The notes: generated by a model not told the origin, from the letters alone. A stretch of DNA of 64,000 nucleotides from an uncultured Eubacteriales bacterium (GCA_900544545.1 UQVY01000003.1:81655-145654); one strand, 5' to 3'; positions 34,882-43,712 are shown, counted from the stretch's first letter. Numbers and translations: made by a program.

Positions 34882-36359
34882 TTGTCAGCCCTCCGTGGTT
34901 TAGTGGAAATGTAATAGGTTTTTTCGTCTTTACGAGTTATTCTCAGATCTTCGCTTATTTCCGTACCGCAGACGACCAGCACGGCTTTTTCCGAGCAGAT
35001 AAGCGGAAGCCCGTTTCTTTTTTCGGCGGGAATCTTCCTTTCGATAAGAAAATCCTTGAGCTTTTTGGTCCTTCCTCCGAATTTGCGGAAAGAATCCCCT
35101 TCCTTTCTCGTCCTTATAACGCAATCGGGCGGAAGTTTTTCCGCACTCACCCGAAGAGTCCGGAAACCGCCTTCGGATCCGACGAAGCTTTCTCCGAGAG
35201 TCAGGACGTAATCCCCGAAATCCGCGCTCCCGTTTTCGATAAGAAGCGAGATCGGAAGCTCCGAAAGGTCGGATTTATCCTCGGGAACGGACGGACGGAC
35301 GAAAAGAAAACCGAAACTTACCGAGGCGTAGGCTCCGTTATGGAGAAAAAGCCGCTTTCCGCTCGTGTTCTCCGCAAGAGAACAAATCGCTTCCACGTGC
35401 CTCTCCCCGGCGTCGACTATCGAACCGACGAGAGCCAGCATTCTTCGGATAACGCGGACCTTTATCGCAGGATGAAGAGCGTTCAGAGCCTCGGTTTCGG
35501 CTTTTACCGCAAGAGCGGGTTTTTCGTCCGAATAGTATTCGTCGGTGAAATCGCCGGAATCGATTCTTTCGCCGAGGGAATCGTCGGAATAGATTCTTTC
35601 GCCCGAGTAGCTTGTTTCGTGGGGGACGGTCGGTTTTTCACCCGAAGAAGAGCCGAGAGGAACGAAACCTTCTCCGTAATCGGCAAAAAGAGGAAAACGA
35701 GAGGCCTCGCGCTTCAGATAGTCAGAGTCCGCGGAAGTCCTTTGCGCAAGAGCGCAGATCGCGCGGGAGGCTCCTCCGTAGCATTCGTTGAGAATCGGCA
35801 TTACGTTCAGACGGACGAAATTCCTCTTGTAGCTCGCGTCGAAATTCGTGGCGTCCAGAACGAACTCTATTCCGTTCCTTTCGGCGTAACTCAGAATCTC
35901 GGTCTTGGTCAAACCTAAAAGCGGCCGGAAAACTCCCTCCGAAAAGACCTTCATTCCGTTGAGTCCGTCCGTTCCGCAGCCGCGAAGAAGGTGCATAAGC
36001 ACCGTTTCCGCCTGATCGTCGGCGTGATGAGCAAGACAGATTATCCGTCCGTTCGCGTGCTTCCTTATGGCTTCGCGTCGTAAAATACGCGCGGCGGTTT
36101 CTACGCTCAAGCCCTTTACGGCAGCAAAAAACGGAACGTCCACGCTTTCGATTACACAGGAAATACCGTACTTACGGCATATTCTCCGTGTGAATTCCGC
36201 GTCGTCCGCTCCTTCTTTGCGGATATTGTGATTGACGGTGACGGCTTCTATGCGGTAACGATTCTCCTTCGCAAGAAGGTCGAGCATTACCATACTGTCC
36301 GCGCCGCCGCTCAATGCGAGCAAAAGCTCCGCGCCCTCGGGCAGTTTCGGAATATTCAT
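34878..36359 (-). CDS. tilS: tRNA(Ile)-lysidine synthetase
   Basis: PP-loop LLALSGGADSMVMLDLL and the C-terminal TilS domain (RTRKEGDSFRKFG). It contains a 2 x 30-bp in-frame duplication in its linker. Confidence 0.9.
   Translation of the reverse strand: MNIPKLPEGAELLLALSGGADSMVMLDLLAKENRYRIEAVTVNHNIRKEGADDAEFTRRICRKYGISCVIESVDVPFFAAVKGLSVETAARILRREAIRKHANGRIICLAHHADDQAETVLMHLLRGCGTDGLNGMKVFSEGVFRPLLGLTKTEILSYAERNGIEFVLDATNFDASYKRNFVRLNVMPILNECYGGASRAICALAQRTSADSDYLKREASRFPLFADYGEGFVPLGSSSGEKPTVPHETSYSGERIYSDDSLGERIDSGDFTDEYYSDEKPALAVKAETEALNALHPAIKVRVIRRMLALVGSIVDAGERHVEAICSLAENTSGKRLFLHNGAYASVSFGFLFVRPSVPEDKSDLSELPISLLIENGSADFGDYVLTLGESFVGSEGGFRTLRVSAEKLPPDCVIRTRKEGDSFRKFGGRTKKLKDFLIERKIPAEKRNGLPLICSEKAVLVVCGTEISEDLRITRKDEKTYYISTKPRRADK
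35555..35614. repeat. 2 x 30-bp in-frame tandem duplication within tilS
   Basis: CGGAATCGATTCTTTCGCCGAGGGAATCGT / CGGAATAGATTCTTTCGCCCGAGTAGCTTG. This encodes SGERIYSDDS / LGERIDSGDF in the TilS inter-domain linker. Confidence 0.85.
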
Positions 36360-36365
36360 CCTTTA

Positions 36366-36394
36366 AGTATAATCAAAATTCCCTTTTTAAGCAA
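36366..36394 (-). promoter_or_regulatory. sigma-70-like promoter abutting the tilS start codon
   Basis: On the minus strand: TTGCTT - 17 nt - TATACT, with only TAAAGG between the -10 box and the ATG at 36359. Confidence 0.45.
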
Positions 36395-36614
36395 CTTTTT
36401 TAATACAAAAACCCGAATCCGAGGCAAAATCTCTTGCGCTCGCGGTTATCCGACGAGATAAATCCAAAAAGCGTTCCCGAAAACGTCAAGCCGCAAACAT
36501 ACGGTCAACACAAAAAAGCCCGAAGAGAAAAATCGTTTCCGTATCGGGCGATTATGTGGTATAATCTGAAACGGATTTATTGTCCGTATTTTTATTTTTT
36601 TAACGGAGGACATT

Positions 36615-37532
36615 ATGTTCGGAAAAAGAAGCGACGGTCGTATCGTAAAGGTAGACCCCTATTCCAAGCAAACGCCTCACATTATGAGCAAACGATCGGA
36701 CGCGCTTAATTACGCGAAGATTCAGGTCAGATGCGAACCCATAGACGAGTTCGTAAGACGCCGCAGGGATGAAGAGGGGATTTACTTTACCTATCTCGAT
36801 ATCCTCATCGCCTGTATGGTAAGGCTTATGGTGCTGAGAAAACACCTCAATCGTTTCGTCAACGCGGGAAGAATCTATCAGCGGGACTACATAGACGTAA
36901 GTTTCGTGGTCAAAAAGACTCTCCGCGAGGCGGAATCCATAGCTACCGCGGTCAAGATAAGATTCACGGGAGCGGAAACCATTTACGAGGTAAAGAAGAA
37001 GGTCGACGAGGTCATCGCCGCGAACAGCGGACTCGAAACCGAAAACAACCTCGACAAAACCGCCGGAGTCATCGCAAAACTCCCCAACTTCGCAATGAGA
37101 TTCCTCTGGTGGACGCTCAAGAAAATGGATAAGTGGAATATACTTCCCAAATCGCTCATAAAAACGAGCTGCTTCCATACGAGCTGCTTTATAACCAATA
37201 TGAAATCCATCAAGGGAGATTATATCTATCATCACTGCTACGATTTCGGAACCACGGGAATCTTCTTCGCTATGGGCAAGGAACATATGGAACCCGTCGT
37301 CGAAAACGGAGAGGTCGTCCCCGGGAAGGTCCTTACGCTCGGCGTGGTTACCGACGAAAGGTTCTGCGACGGACTGTATTACTCGATAAGCACGAGAGTT
37401 CTCAAAAAACTCTTCGCAGACCTCGAAGTTCTTCGTCAGCCCTATCACGACGAAATCACCGACAGACTCGAAAGGGAGCAGAAGGAACTCAAGGAGAAAG
37501 AGGAAAGAAAAGCCGCGAAAAAGAAGAAGTAA
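36615..37532 (+). CDS. 2-oxoacid dehydrogenase E2 / CAT-fold acyltransferase-like protein with non-canonical active site (tentative)
   Basis: ~305 aa. TLGVVTDERFCDGLYY aligns by eye with the E2 catalytic DHRxxDG motif but has Glu in place of His. GGAGG RBS. Lys-rich C-terminal tail. Confidence 0.45.
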   Translation: MFGKRSDGRIVKVDPYSKQTPHIMSKRSDALNYAKIQVRCEPIDEFVRRRRDEEGIYFTYLDILIACMVRLMVLRKHLNRFVNAGRIYQRDYIDVSFVVKKTLREAESIATAVKIRFTGAETIYEVKKKVDEVIAANSGLETENNLDKTAGVIAKLPNFAMRFLWWTLKKMDKWNILPKSLIKTSCFHTSCFITNMKSIKGDYIYHHCYDFGTTGIFFAMGKEHMEPVVENGEVVPGKVLTLGVVTDERFCDGLYYSISTRVLKKLFADLEVLRQPYHDEITDRLEREQKELKEKEERKAAKKKK

Positions 37533-37648
37533 ATCCCCGAATTACCGAAAAAAAGGGAAATTCCTGAACCGGACGGAGAATCCGAGCGGAAAGAAAGTAA
37601 AGCACTGATACGCGAAAAGAAAAAGAGCGCGAAGGAGCGGAAAAACGC

Positions 37649-37677
37649 TTGACCTGTCACGAAAAAAGTGGTAAAAT
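37649..37677 (+). promoter_or_regulatory. sigma-70-like promoter for rplU-prp-rpmA
   Basis: TTGACC - 17 nt - TGgTAAAAT. Confidence 0.55.
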
Positions 37678-37679
37678 CA

Positions 37680-37795
37680 TTAAGCCGCTTGAGTGGAGCG
37701 CTCTTTTTTCGTGCATTTTTACGGAAATACGACAGAACCGATTGCTCGGCTTCGATCCCGCAGGGGTTTTTCAGCGAGTTTCTTTTTAGGAGGGT
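37680..37795 (+). ncRNA. candidate L21 ribosomal-protein leader (5' UTR of rplU-prp-rpmA)
   Basis: About 120 nt lie between a consensus promoter and the rplU RBS, with potential hairpins (e.g. GAGCGCTC..., GATCCCGCAGGGGTT). Firmicutes are known to carry an L21 leader at this position. The structure was not verified. Confidence 0.35.
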
Positions 37796-37800
37796 AATGC

Positions 37801-38106
37801 ATGTACGCAATAGTCAGAACCGGCGGAAAACAGTATAAGGTTTCCGAGGGCGATATCATCAAGGTAGAGCTTCTTAAAGCAGAAAAGGACGAAAAGGTAG
37901 AACTCGAAGTCCTTATGGCTGCAGACGGCGAAAAGGTTTTGGTCGGCAGAGACGCGGCGGGCGTTAAGGTTTCCGCTGCCGTAGTCGGCGAAGGCAAGGG
38001 CAAGAAGATAAATATCTTCACCTATAAGGCAAAGAAGAACGTTCGTCGCAGAAAAGGTCATCGTCAGCCGTTCACTGCTTTGAAGGTTGAAAAGATCACG
38101 TTTTAA
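37801..38106 (+). CDS. rplU: 50S ribosomal protein L21
   Basis: MYAIVRTGGKQYKVSEGD signature. Confidence 0.95.
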   Translation: MYAIVRTGGKQYKVSEGDIIKVELLKAEKDEKVELEVLMAADGEKVLVGRDAAGVKVSAAVVGEGKGKKINIFTYKAKKNVRRRKGHRQPFTALKVEKITF

Positions 38107-38108
38107 TT

Positions 38109-38447
38109 ATGACTGAGATAAAGTTGAAAACGCGGGACGGCCATATCGTGGAGGTCGTCATCGAGGGACACGCGGGGACCGCCGTATACGGACACGACCT
38201 CGTGTGCGCGGCGATAAGCGCCCTCTCTCAGACCGCGGCTCTGGGGCTCATAAAGGTTGCGAAAATAGACGCCTCCTTTTCGAGAGACGAGCTTAAGGGG
38301 TACTTCGGAATAACCCTTCCCGATAAGCTTACGCCCGAGCAAAGACACGACGCGGACGTTATCCTCGAAACGATGATGACGGGCATACGCGATATTCAGA
38401 AGGGTTATCCGAAATATATAAAAACGGAGGCAGCGATATGTTTATAA
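38109..38447 (+). CDS. prp: ribosomal-processing cysteine protease Prp
   Basis: GHAG...[12 protein letters not shown] motif (catalytic His/Cys). It sits between rplU and rpmA. Confidence 0.85.
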   Translation: MTEIKLKTRDGHIVEVVIEGHAGTAVYGHDLVCAAISALSQTAALGLIKVAKIDASFSRDELKGYFGITLPDKLTPEQRHDADVILETMMTGIRDIQKGYPKYIKTEAAICL

Positions 38448-38713
38448 AATTGCAGTTATTCGCTCACAAGAAGGGCGTCGGTTCCTCGAGGAACGGCCGT
38501 GACAGCGAATCCAAGCGTCTCGGCGCAAAACGCGCGGACGGACAGTTCGTCACCGCAGGCAATATTCTCGTCCGCCAGAGAGGAACTCATTTCCACCCGG
38601 GCAACAACGTCGGAATCGGCAGCGACGACACGCTGTTCGCTTTAATCCCCGGCATCGTCAGATTCGAGCATAAGGGTAAGGATAAAAAGCAGGTCAGCGT
38701 TTATCCGCAGTAA
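38438..38713 (+). CDS. rpmA: 50S ribosomal protein L27 with cleavable N-terminal extension
   Basis: MFIKLQLF|[21 protein letters not shown]. The Firmicute-type propeptide lies ahead of the AHKKG motif. Confidence 0.95.
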   Translation: MFIKLQLFAHKKGVGSSRNGRDSESKRLGAKRADGQFVTAGNILVRQRGTHFHPGNNVGIGSDDTLFALIPGIVRFEHKGKDKKQVSVYPQ

Positions 38714-38725
38714 AGAATAAAAATT

Positions 38726-38751
38726 AAGGCGAGCGATCGCCTTATTTTTTT
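38726..38751 (+). terminator. intrinsic terminator after rpmA
   Basis: AAGGCGA gcga TCGCCTT followed by ATTTTTTT. Confidence 0.75.
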
Positions 38752-38893
38752 AGCGGCGACGGTCGGAAACGGCGGAATATACCGCAAAGGAAGCAAAAAA
38801 AACGCAAATGCGGCGGAAAGAACGCACGGAGTCCGAGAAGCGCGGATTTTGCGGCGACGGAGTTTAAGAGGGAATCGCAACGGTAAGAGAAAA

Positions 38894-39739
38894 ATGAATC
38901 GTTTTAAGGTGAGCGCGGCGGATTTCGACGCGAAACAGACGCTCGAATGCGGACAGATTTTCAGATTCGACGAAAAAGAGGACTCCTCTTCGGAGGTCAG
39001 AAGCCTCGGCGAGTACGCGCGCGTTTTTCCCGAAAAGAACGGAGAAATCGAGATCGTCTGCACGGACGAGGCGTATTTCAGGAGATTTTTCGATTTCGGA
39101 AGAGATTACGGAGAGATAAAGAAAAAGCTCCTTTCGGCAGGCTCGGAGACCTTATCGGCGGCGATGGATTACGGCGGAGGAATAAGAATCCTTGCGCAGG
39201 ACCTCTACGAAACGACCGTGTCTTTTATTATTTCCGCGAACAACAACATCAAACGGATAAAGCTCATAATCGAAAGGCTATGCGAGGCAGCCGGAGAGAA
39301 AAACGAGTTCGGATTTTCCTTCCCGACGAGAGAAAGACTGGCGGACAAAAGCGTTTCCTTTTACGAGAGTACAGGCTGCGGATACAGGTCGGAATATCTC
39401 GCGGATACGGTCGGAAAGCTCGACGAGGGATTCCTTTCGGCTCTTTCGGATATGCCGACGGAGGAAGCGAGAAAAACCCTCCTTACCCTCAAGGGAGTAG
39501 GACCGAAGGTCGCGGACTGTATTCTTCTCTTCGGAGCGGGGAGAAAGGACGTCTTCCCGACGGACGTATGGATAAAGAGAGTCTATCACTCGGCTTTCGA
39601 GGACGGAGCCGCCGATAAGGATATAAGCAGGTCGCTCGTAAGGCGTTTCGGAGAGCTTTCGGGGTACGCGCAGCAGTATCTTTTTTATTATTATCGGGGA
39701 AATGGCTTAAAAGATGTAGACAAAACAGCAAAAAAATAG
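38894..39739 (+). CDS. ogg: 8-oxoguanine DNA glycosylase / HhH-GPD family base-excision enzyme
   Basis: TLECGQIFRF N-terminal motif and the HhH-GPD segment LKGVGPKVADCILLFG...FPTDVW. The start at 38894 (MNRFKV) follows GAGAAAAA. Confidence 0.8.
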   Translation: MNRFKVSAADFDAKQTLECGQIFRFDEKEDSSSEVRSLGEYARVFPEKNGEIEIVCTDEAYFRRFFDFGRDYGEIKKKLLSAGSETLSAAMDYGGGIRILAQDLYETTVSFIISANNNIKRIKLIIERLCEAAGEKNEFGFSFPTRERLADKSVSFYESTGCGYRSEYLADTVGKLDEGFLSALSDMPTEEARKTLLTLKGVGPKVADCILLFGAGRKDVFPTDVWIKRVYHSAFEDGAADKDISRSLVRRFGELSGYAQQYLFYYYRGNGLKDVDKTAKK

Positions 39740-39795
39740 TACAATTAAAGAATACGGCGGTCGCGCCGTAAAACCTAATGATTACGGAGGCCTTT

Positions 39796-40476
39796 ATGAG
39801 AAAAATAGCAATGTTCGTCGACGTTGATAACCTCGGACTTTCCGGAAGACAGTTCAAAGAGATATTCGACGACGTCAATTCCGCAGGAAAAATCGTCTAC
39901 GGTAAAATATACGGAGTTATAGACAGAAAACATAAAGAAATAATCGACCTTATCGTCAACCGCGGTTACGATATGGCTCCGCCGATGAGAGTAAAAAAGC
40001 GCGGAAGCAAGGTTTTCGACAACAGAATCCTTATAGACGTTATGGAAACAGTCGTCGCCAACGAGAAAATCGACACTATTGCGGTCGCCTGCGCACCCGC
40101 AGACCTCGTTCCGCTCTTCTCAAAACTCAGAGAGTACGGCGTCAGCATTATGTCGCTCGATAACCTCGATAAGGAAAGTTCGTTCTTCGTGGACGACGTT
40201 ATACTCGGGGAATGCGACGAGGACGATGAGGACGACTCCATAGAAGAGCTTGCGGCGGGATTCGCGGAAAAAACCTCGGGCGCGGATAAACCTTCCGCAA
40301 CGCAGGAACCGGAAATTTCCGCAGAGGACGAAAATTCCGCGGAAGAAGAAAACGAGGAAGCTCCCGAAGAAGAGGACGCGGACGAGGATTTCGAGGACAA
40401 CGAAGCATTCCTCGAGAGAGTAAAGAACGTCTTCTCGGGACTCAGCCCCGACGACATCGAAGAGGAAGAGGAATAA
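39796..40476 (+). CDS. NYN/LabA-like domain protein with poly-acidic C-terminal tail
   Basis: IAMFVDVDNL...GKIYG...IAVACAPADLVPL pattern of the LabA-like NYN fold. The last ~90 aa are dominated by D/E. GGAGG lies 5 nt before the ATG at 39796. Confidence 0.6.
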   Translation: MRKIAMFVDVDNLGLSGRQFKEIFDDVNSAGKIVYGKIYGVIDRKHKEIIDLIVNRGYDMAPPMRVKKRGSKVFDNRILIDVMETVVANEKIDTIAVACAPADLVPLFSKLREYGVSIMSLDNLDKESSFFVDDVILGECDEDDEDDSIEELAAGFAEKTSGADKPSATQEPEISAEDENSAEEENEEAPEEEDADEDFEDNEAFLERVKNVFSGLSPDDIEEEEE

Positions 40477-40726
40477 AACCCGAACCGAGGAAAACGGAAT
40501 CCGAATGAAAGGAATAAACCGAGAGGAATACAAACCCGACGGAAAAGACGAAATCCGAACGAGGGAAACCGATTTCTCGTAGAGAAACGAAAGCCGAAGA
40601 GGGAAAATCGGCCGAAAAAGACGAAACTATAAGTATTAAATCGGGCGAAGGTCCGTTTTTAATAAAGCGTACTTAATTTACGTGCGGCTGCCGAGCAGCC
40701 GACAAAACAGGAGGTATAGCAGGTAA

Positions 40727-40933
40727 ATGGCAAAGGTAATTTTTAATGAAGCGATTTGCAAGGGCTGCGGTCTTTGTGTGGCGGCCTGCCCCAAGAAAAT
40801 CGTTTTCATCGACAAGACGAAGGTTAACCCCAAGGGATACAATCCCGCAACGGTGACTGATATGAACGAATGTATAGGCTGCGCGTCCTGCGCGACTATG
40901 TGTCCGGACAACATAATCACCGTTATGAGATAA
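40727..40933 (+). CDS. 2-oxoacid:ferredoxin oxidoreductase delta subunit (2x[4Fe-4S] ferredoxin)
   Basis: CKGCGLCVAACP and CIGCASCATMCP cluster motifs. First gene of a four-gene OFOR operon. Confidence 0.8.
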   Translation: MAKVIFNEAICKGCGLCVAACPKKIVFIDKTKVNPKGYNPATVTDMNECIGCASCATMCPDNIITVMR

Positions 40934-40946
40934 TCAGGAGGACGAA

Positions 40947-42002
40947 ATGGCTAAGAAGTTAATGAAAGGTAACGAAGCGATTGCGGAAGCGGCAATCCGC
41001 GGCGGATGCAGATACTTTTTCGGATACCCCATCACTCCGCAGAACGAAATTCCGGAGTATATGAGCAAGAGGCTCCCCGAAGTAGGCGGAACGTTCATTC
41101 AGAGCGAAAGCGAAGTCGCCGCAATCAATATGGTTTACGGCGCGTCCTGCGCGGGAGCAAGAGCTATGACAAGCTCCTCCAGCCCCGGAATCAGCCTTAA
41201 ACAGGAAGGCATAAGCTATATCGCAACGGGCTCCCTCCCCTGCGTTATCGTAAATATGGTAAGAGGCGGCCCCGGTCTCGGAACGATTCTTCCGGCGCAG
41301 GGCGACTATTTCCAGGCGACCAAGGGCGGCGGACACGGCGATTACAAGATGCTCGTTTATACGCCCGCAAGCATTCAGGAAGCCGTTGACCTTATCTACA
41401 ACGCTTTCGACAAAGCCGATCAGTACAGAGTCATAACCTATATCCTCGGCGACGCTACCATCGGTCAGATGATGGAACCCGTAGAGCTTCCCGAATTCAA
41501 GGATCCCGCTACCTTCCCCGCTAAACCGTGGGCTACCACCGGCCATAAAGCCGAAGACCATAAGGTCATCACTACCCTCGAAATGGATCCCAATAAGTTC
41601 GAAGGCATTATCGACCATCTCTACGAGGTATACGACGAGCTCAAGGAAAAGGAAGTCAGATACGAAGAGTATATGTGCGACGACGCCGATACCATCGTCT
41701 GCGCTTACGGTACTACCTCCAGAATCGCAAAGACGTCGGTCAACAAGCTCAGGGAAATGGGCTATAAGATCGGCTTGTTCCGTCCCATAACCATCTTCCC
41801 CTTCCCCGAGAAGCAGATTGCGGCTCTCGCGGAAAGGCCCAACGTCAGGAGATTCCTCGTAGCGGAACTCAGCAAAGGTCAGATGGTCGAGGACGTAAGA
41901 CTTGCAGTCAACGGCAGAAAGCCCGTTGAATTCTACGGAAGAAACGGCGGTAACGTCATTACCGCGGAAGAACTCGTGGAAGTCGTAAAGAAAGGAGAAT
42001 AG
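40947..42002 (+). CDS. 2-oxoacid:ferredoxin oxidoreductase alpha subunit
   Basis: LMKGNEAIAEAAIRGGCRYFFGYPITPQNEI N-terminus typical of KorA/VorB/PorA. Confidence 0.85.
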   Translation: MAKKLMKGNEAIAEAAIRGGCRYFFGYPITPQNEIPEYMSKRLPEVGGTFIQSESEVAAINMVYGASCAGARAMTSSSSPGISLKQEGISYIATGSLPCVIVNMVRGGPGLGTILPAQGDYFQATKGGGHGDYKMLVYTPASIQEAVDLIYNAFDKADQYRVITYILGDATIGQMMEPVELPEFKDPATFPAKPWATTGHKAEDHKVITTLEMDPNKFEGIIDHLYEVYDELKEKEVRYEEYMCDDADTIVCAYGTTSRIAKTSVNKLREMGYKIGLFRPITIFPFPEKQIAALAERPNVRRFLVAELSKGQMVEDVRLAVNGRKPVEFYGRNGGNVITAEELVEVVKKGE

Positions 42003-42006
42003 TGAG

Positions 42007-42762
42007 ATGGAAGAAAAGATCGTTTATCAGAAATCCAAATTGCTTACGGATAAGCCGCTGCACTTCTGCCCGGGCTGCTCCCACGGAATTGCAAACAAGC
42101 TCGTCTGCGAAGCTCTCGACGAACTTAATATAAAAAACGAAGACATCATCGGAATCGCGCCCGTAGGATGCGCGGTATATAACTACGATTACTATAATGT
42201 AGATACGATAGAAGCGGCTCACGGAAGAGCTCCGGCTATCGCGACCGCAGTCAAGAGAGTACACCCCGATAAAATCGTGTTCTCTTATCAGGGCGATGGC
42301 GACCTCGCAAGTATCGGCGCGGCCGAAATCATTCACGCCGCGGCAAGAAGCGAAAACATCACCGTTATCTTCATCAACAACGGTATTTACGGAATGACGG
42401 GCGGTCAGATGGCTCCCACGACCCTTCTCGGTCAGAAGTCCACCACCAGCCAGGGCGGCAGAAACGTCGTTCTCAACGGTTATCCCGTAAGAATCGCCGA
42501 AATGCTCTCACAGCTCGACGGCGCGACCTATATCGAACGCGTTTCCACGCACGACGCTGCAAACGTAAGAAAGGCAAGAGCGGCTATCAAGAGAGCGTTC
42601 GAATGCCAGATAGAAAAGAAGGGCTTCGCGCTTATCGAAGTGCTTGCTGCCTGCCCCACCAACTGGGGAATGCAGCCCGTCAAGGCTATGGAACACATCA
42701 GAGACGAAGTTATTCCTTACTATCCTTTGGGCGTATTCTGTGACAGGAGGAATGAAAGATGA
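42007..42762 (+). CDS. 2-oxoacid:ferredoxin oxidoreductase beta subunit (TPP-binding)
   Basis: FCPGCSHG and GDGDLASIG...NNGIYGMTGGQ TPP/cluster motifs. Confidence 0.85.
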   Translation: MEEKIVYQKSKLLTDKPLHFCPGCSHGIANKLVCEALDELNIKNEDIIGIAPVGCAVYNYDYYNVDTIEAAHGRAPAIATAVKRVHPDKIVFSYQGDGDLASIGAAEIIHAAARSENITVIFINNGIYGMTGGQMAPTTLLGQKSTTSQGGRNVVLNGYPVRIAEMLSQLDGATYIERVSTHDAANVRKARAAIKRAFECQIEKKGFALIEVLAACPTNWGMQPVKAMEHIRDEVIPYYPLGVFCDRRNER

Positions 42763-43310
42763 GTAAGACATATGAAATGATAGCCGCAGGCTTCGGCGGA
42801 CAGGGCGTTCTGGCTCTCGGTCAGATTGTCGCTTATTCCGCTATGTATAACGACAAAAACACCACCTGGCTCCCGAGTTACGGTCCCGAAATGAGAGGAG
42901 GTACGGCTAACTGTTCGGTAGTCGTTTCCGACGCCCCCGTAGCCAACCCGATGATAACCCACCCCAACGTTCTCGTCGCTATGAACAGGCCCTCCGTGGA
43001 CAAGTTCATCGACAACGTCGTTCCCGGCGGATACGTATTCATCAACAGCTCTCTTATCGACGTTAAGGTCGAAAGAACCGACCTTCACGTTTATTACGTT
43101 CCCACCATCGAACTCGCTACCGAAAACGGAAACCCCAAAGGCTCCAACGTCGTTATGCTCGGCGCGGTCGTAGAGGCTACCGGTATCGTGGACGACGACA
43201 AGGCTATCGAAGGCGTGGAGTATTTCTTCTCCAAGAAGCCTCAGCTTATCGAACCCAACAAGAAGATGTTCGCGGTAGGATGCGATTTCATCAGAAACCT
43301 CAATAAATAA
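42759..43310 (+). CDS. 2-oxoacid:ferredoxin oxidoreductase gamma subunit
   Basis: AGFGGQGVLALGQ...YGPEMRGGTANC motif of the gamma subunit. ATGA coupling to the beta subunit gene. Confidence 0.85.
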   Translation: MSKTYEMIAAGFGGQGVLALGQIVAYSAMYNDKNTTWLPSYGPEMRGGTANCSVVVSDAPVANPMITHPNVLVAMNRPSVDKFIDNVVPGGYVFINSSLIDVKVERTDLHVYYVPTIELATENGNPKGSNVVMLGAVVEATGIVDDDKAIEGVEYFFSKKPQLIEPNKKMFAVGCDFIRNLNK

Positions 43311-43547
43311 GAAGCTTCGTTCCCGAAACGAGAAACCTCGGATAAGAAGATTTATTCTCGAAACGAGAAGATTCGAACGGGAAGCTTTATTAGAATAAGT
43401 AAATTTCCGCTTTTACGCGGATAGCCCTTACGGGCATAACGAGATCTTCCGAGGAAGCCGGTCACTTCTTCGGAAAGCTCCGTCGTCGCCTGTCCTTCAG
43501 TCGGGATAATCCGCGGCGTCGGGGACAAAACAAAAGAATTGCTTGAA

Positions 43548-43578
43548 GCGCCTCCGAGACGTCGGGGGCGTTTTTTTT
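43548..43578 (+). terminator. intrinsic terminator ~240 nt after the OFOR gamma gene
   Basis: CGCCTCCGA gac GTCGGGGGCG (one G-U pair) followed by T8. Confidence 0.75.
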
Positions 43579-43580
43579 AT

Positions 43581-43695
43581 CCGAAAAAGTCCGAAAGGAT
43601 ATTGCTGAAAATCGAAAGGATATTGCTGAAAATCCGAGAGATATTACTAAAAATCGAAAGGACGGGACAAAAAATCGGAAAGACTTGACAAATTT
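43581..43695 (+). repeat. five 21-22-bp tandem direct repeats ending in the htpG -35 box
   Basis: The units are CCGAAAGGATATTGCTGAAAAT, CGAAAGGATATTGCTGAAAAT, CCGAGAGATATTACTAAAAAT, CGAAAGGACGGGACAAAAAAT and CGGAAAGACTTGACAAATTT. Confidence 0.9.
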
Positions 43696-43712
43696 CCGTT
43701 TCGGACTATAAT
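43685..43712 (+). promoter_or_regulatory. sigma-70-like promoter for htpG
   Basis: TTGACA - 16 nt - TATAAT. The -35 box lies in the last unit of the 21-bp repeat array. Confidence 0.6.

Noticed and set aside
43380-43578. SRP RNA, 6S RNA or a riboswitch
   Set aside because: The conserved SRP domain IV sequence (GGUCCGGAAGGAAGCAGC-like) is absent. I could not recognise any riboswitch core (SAM, TPP, FMN, glycine, c-di-GMP, ZTP). The region is kept only as an unclassified structured candidate.
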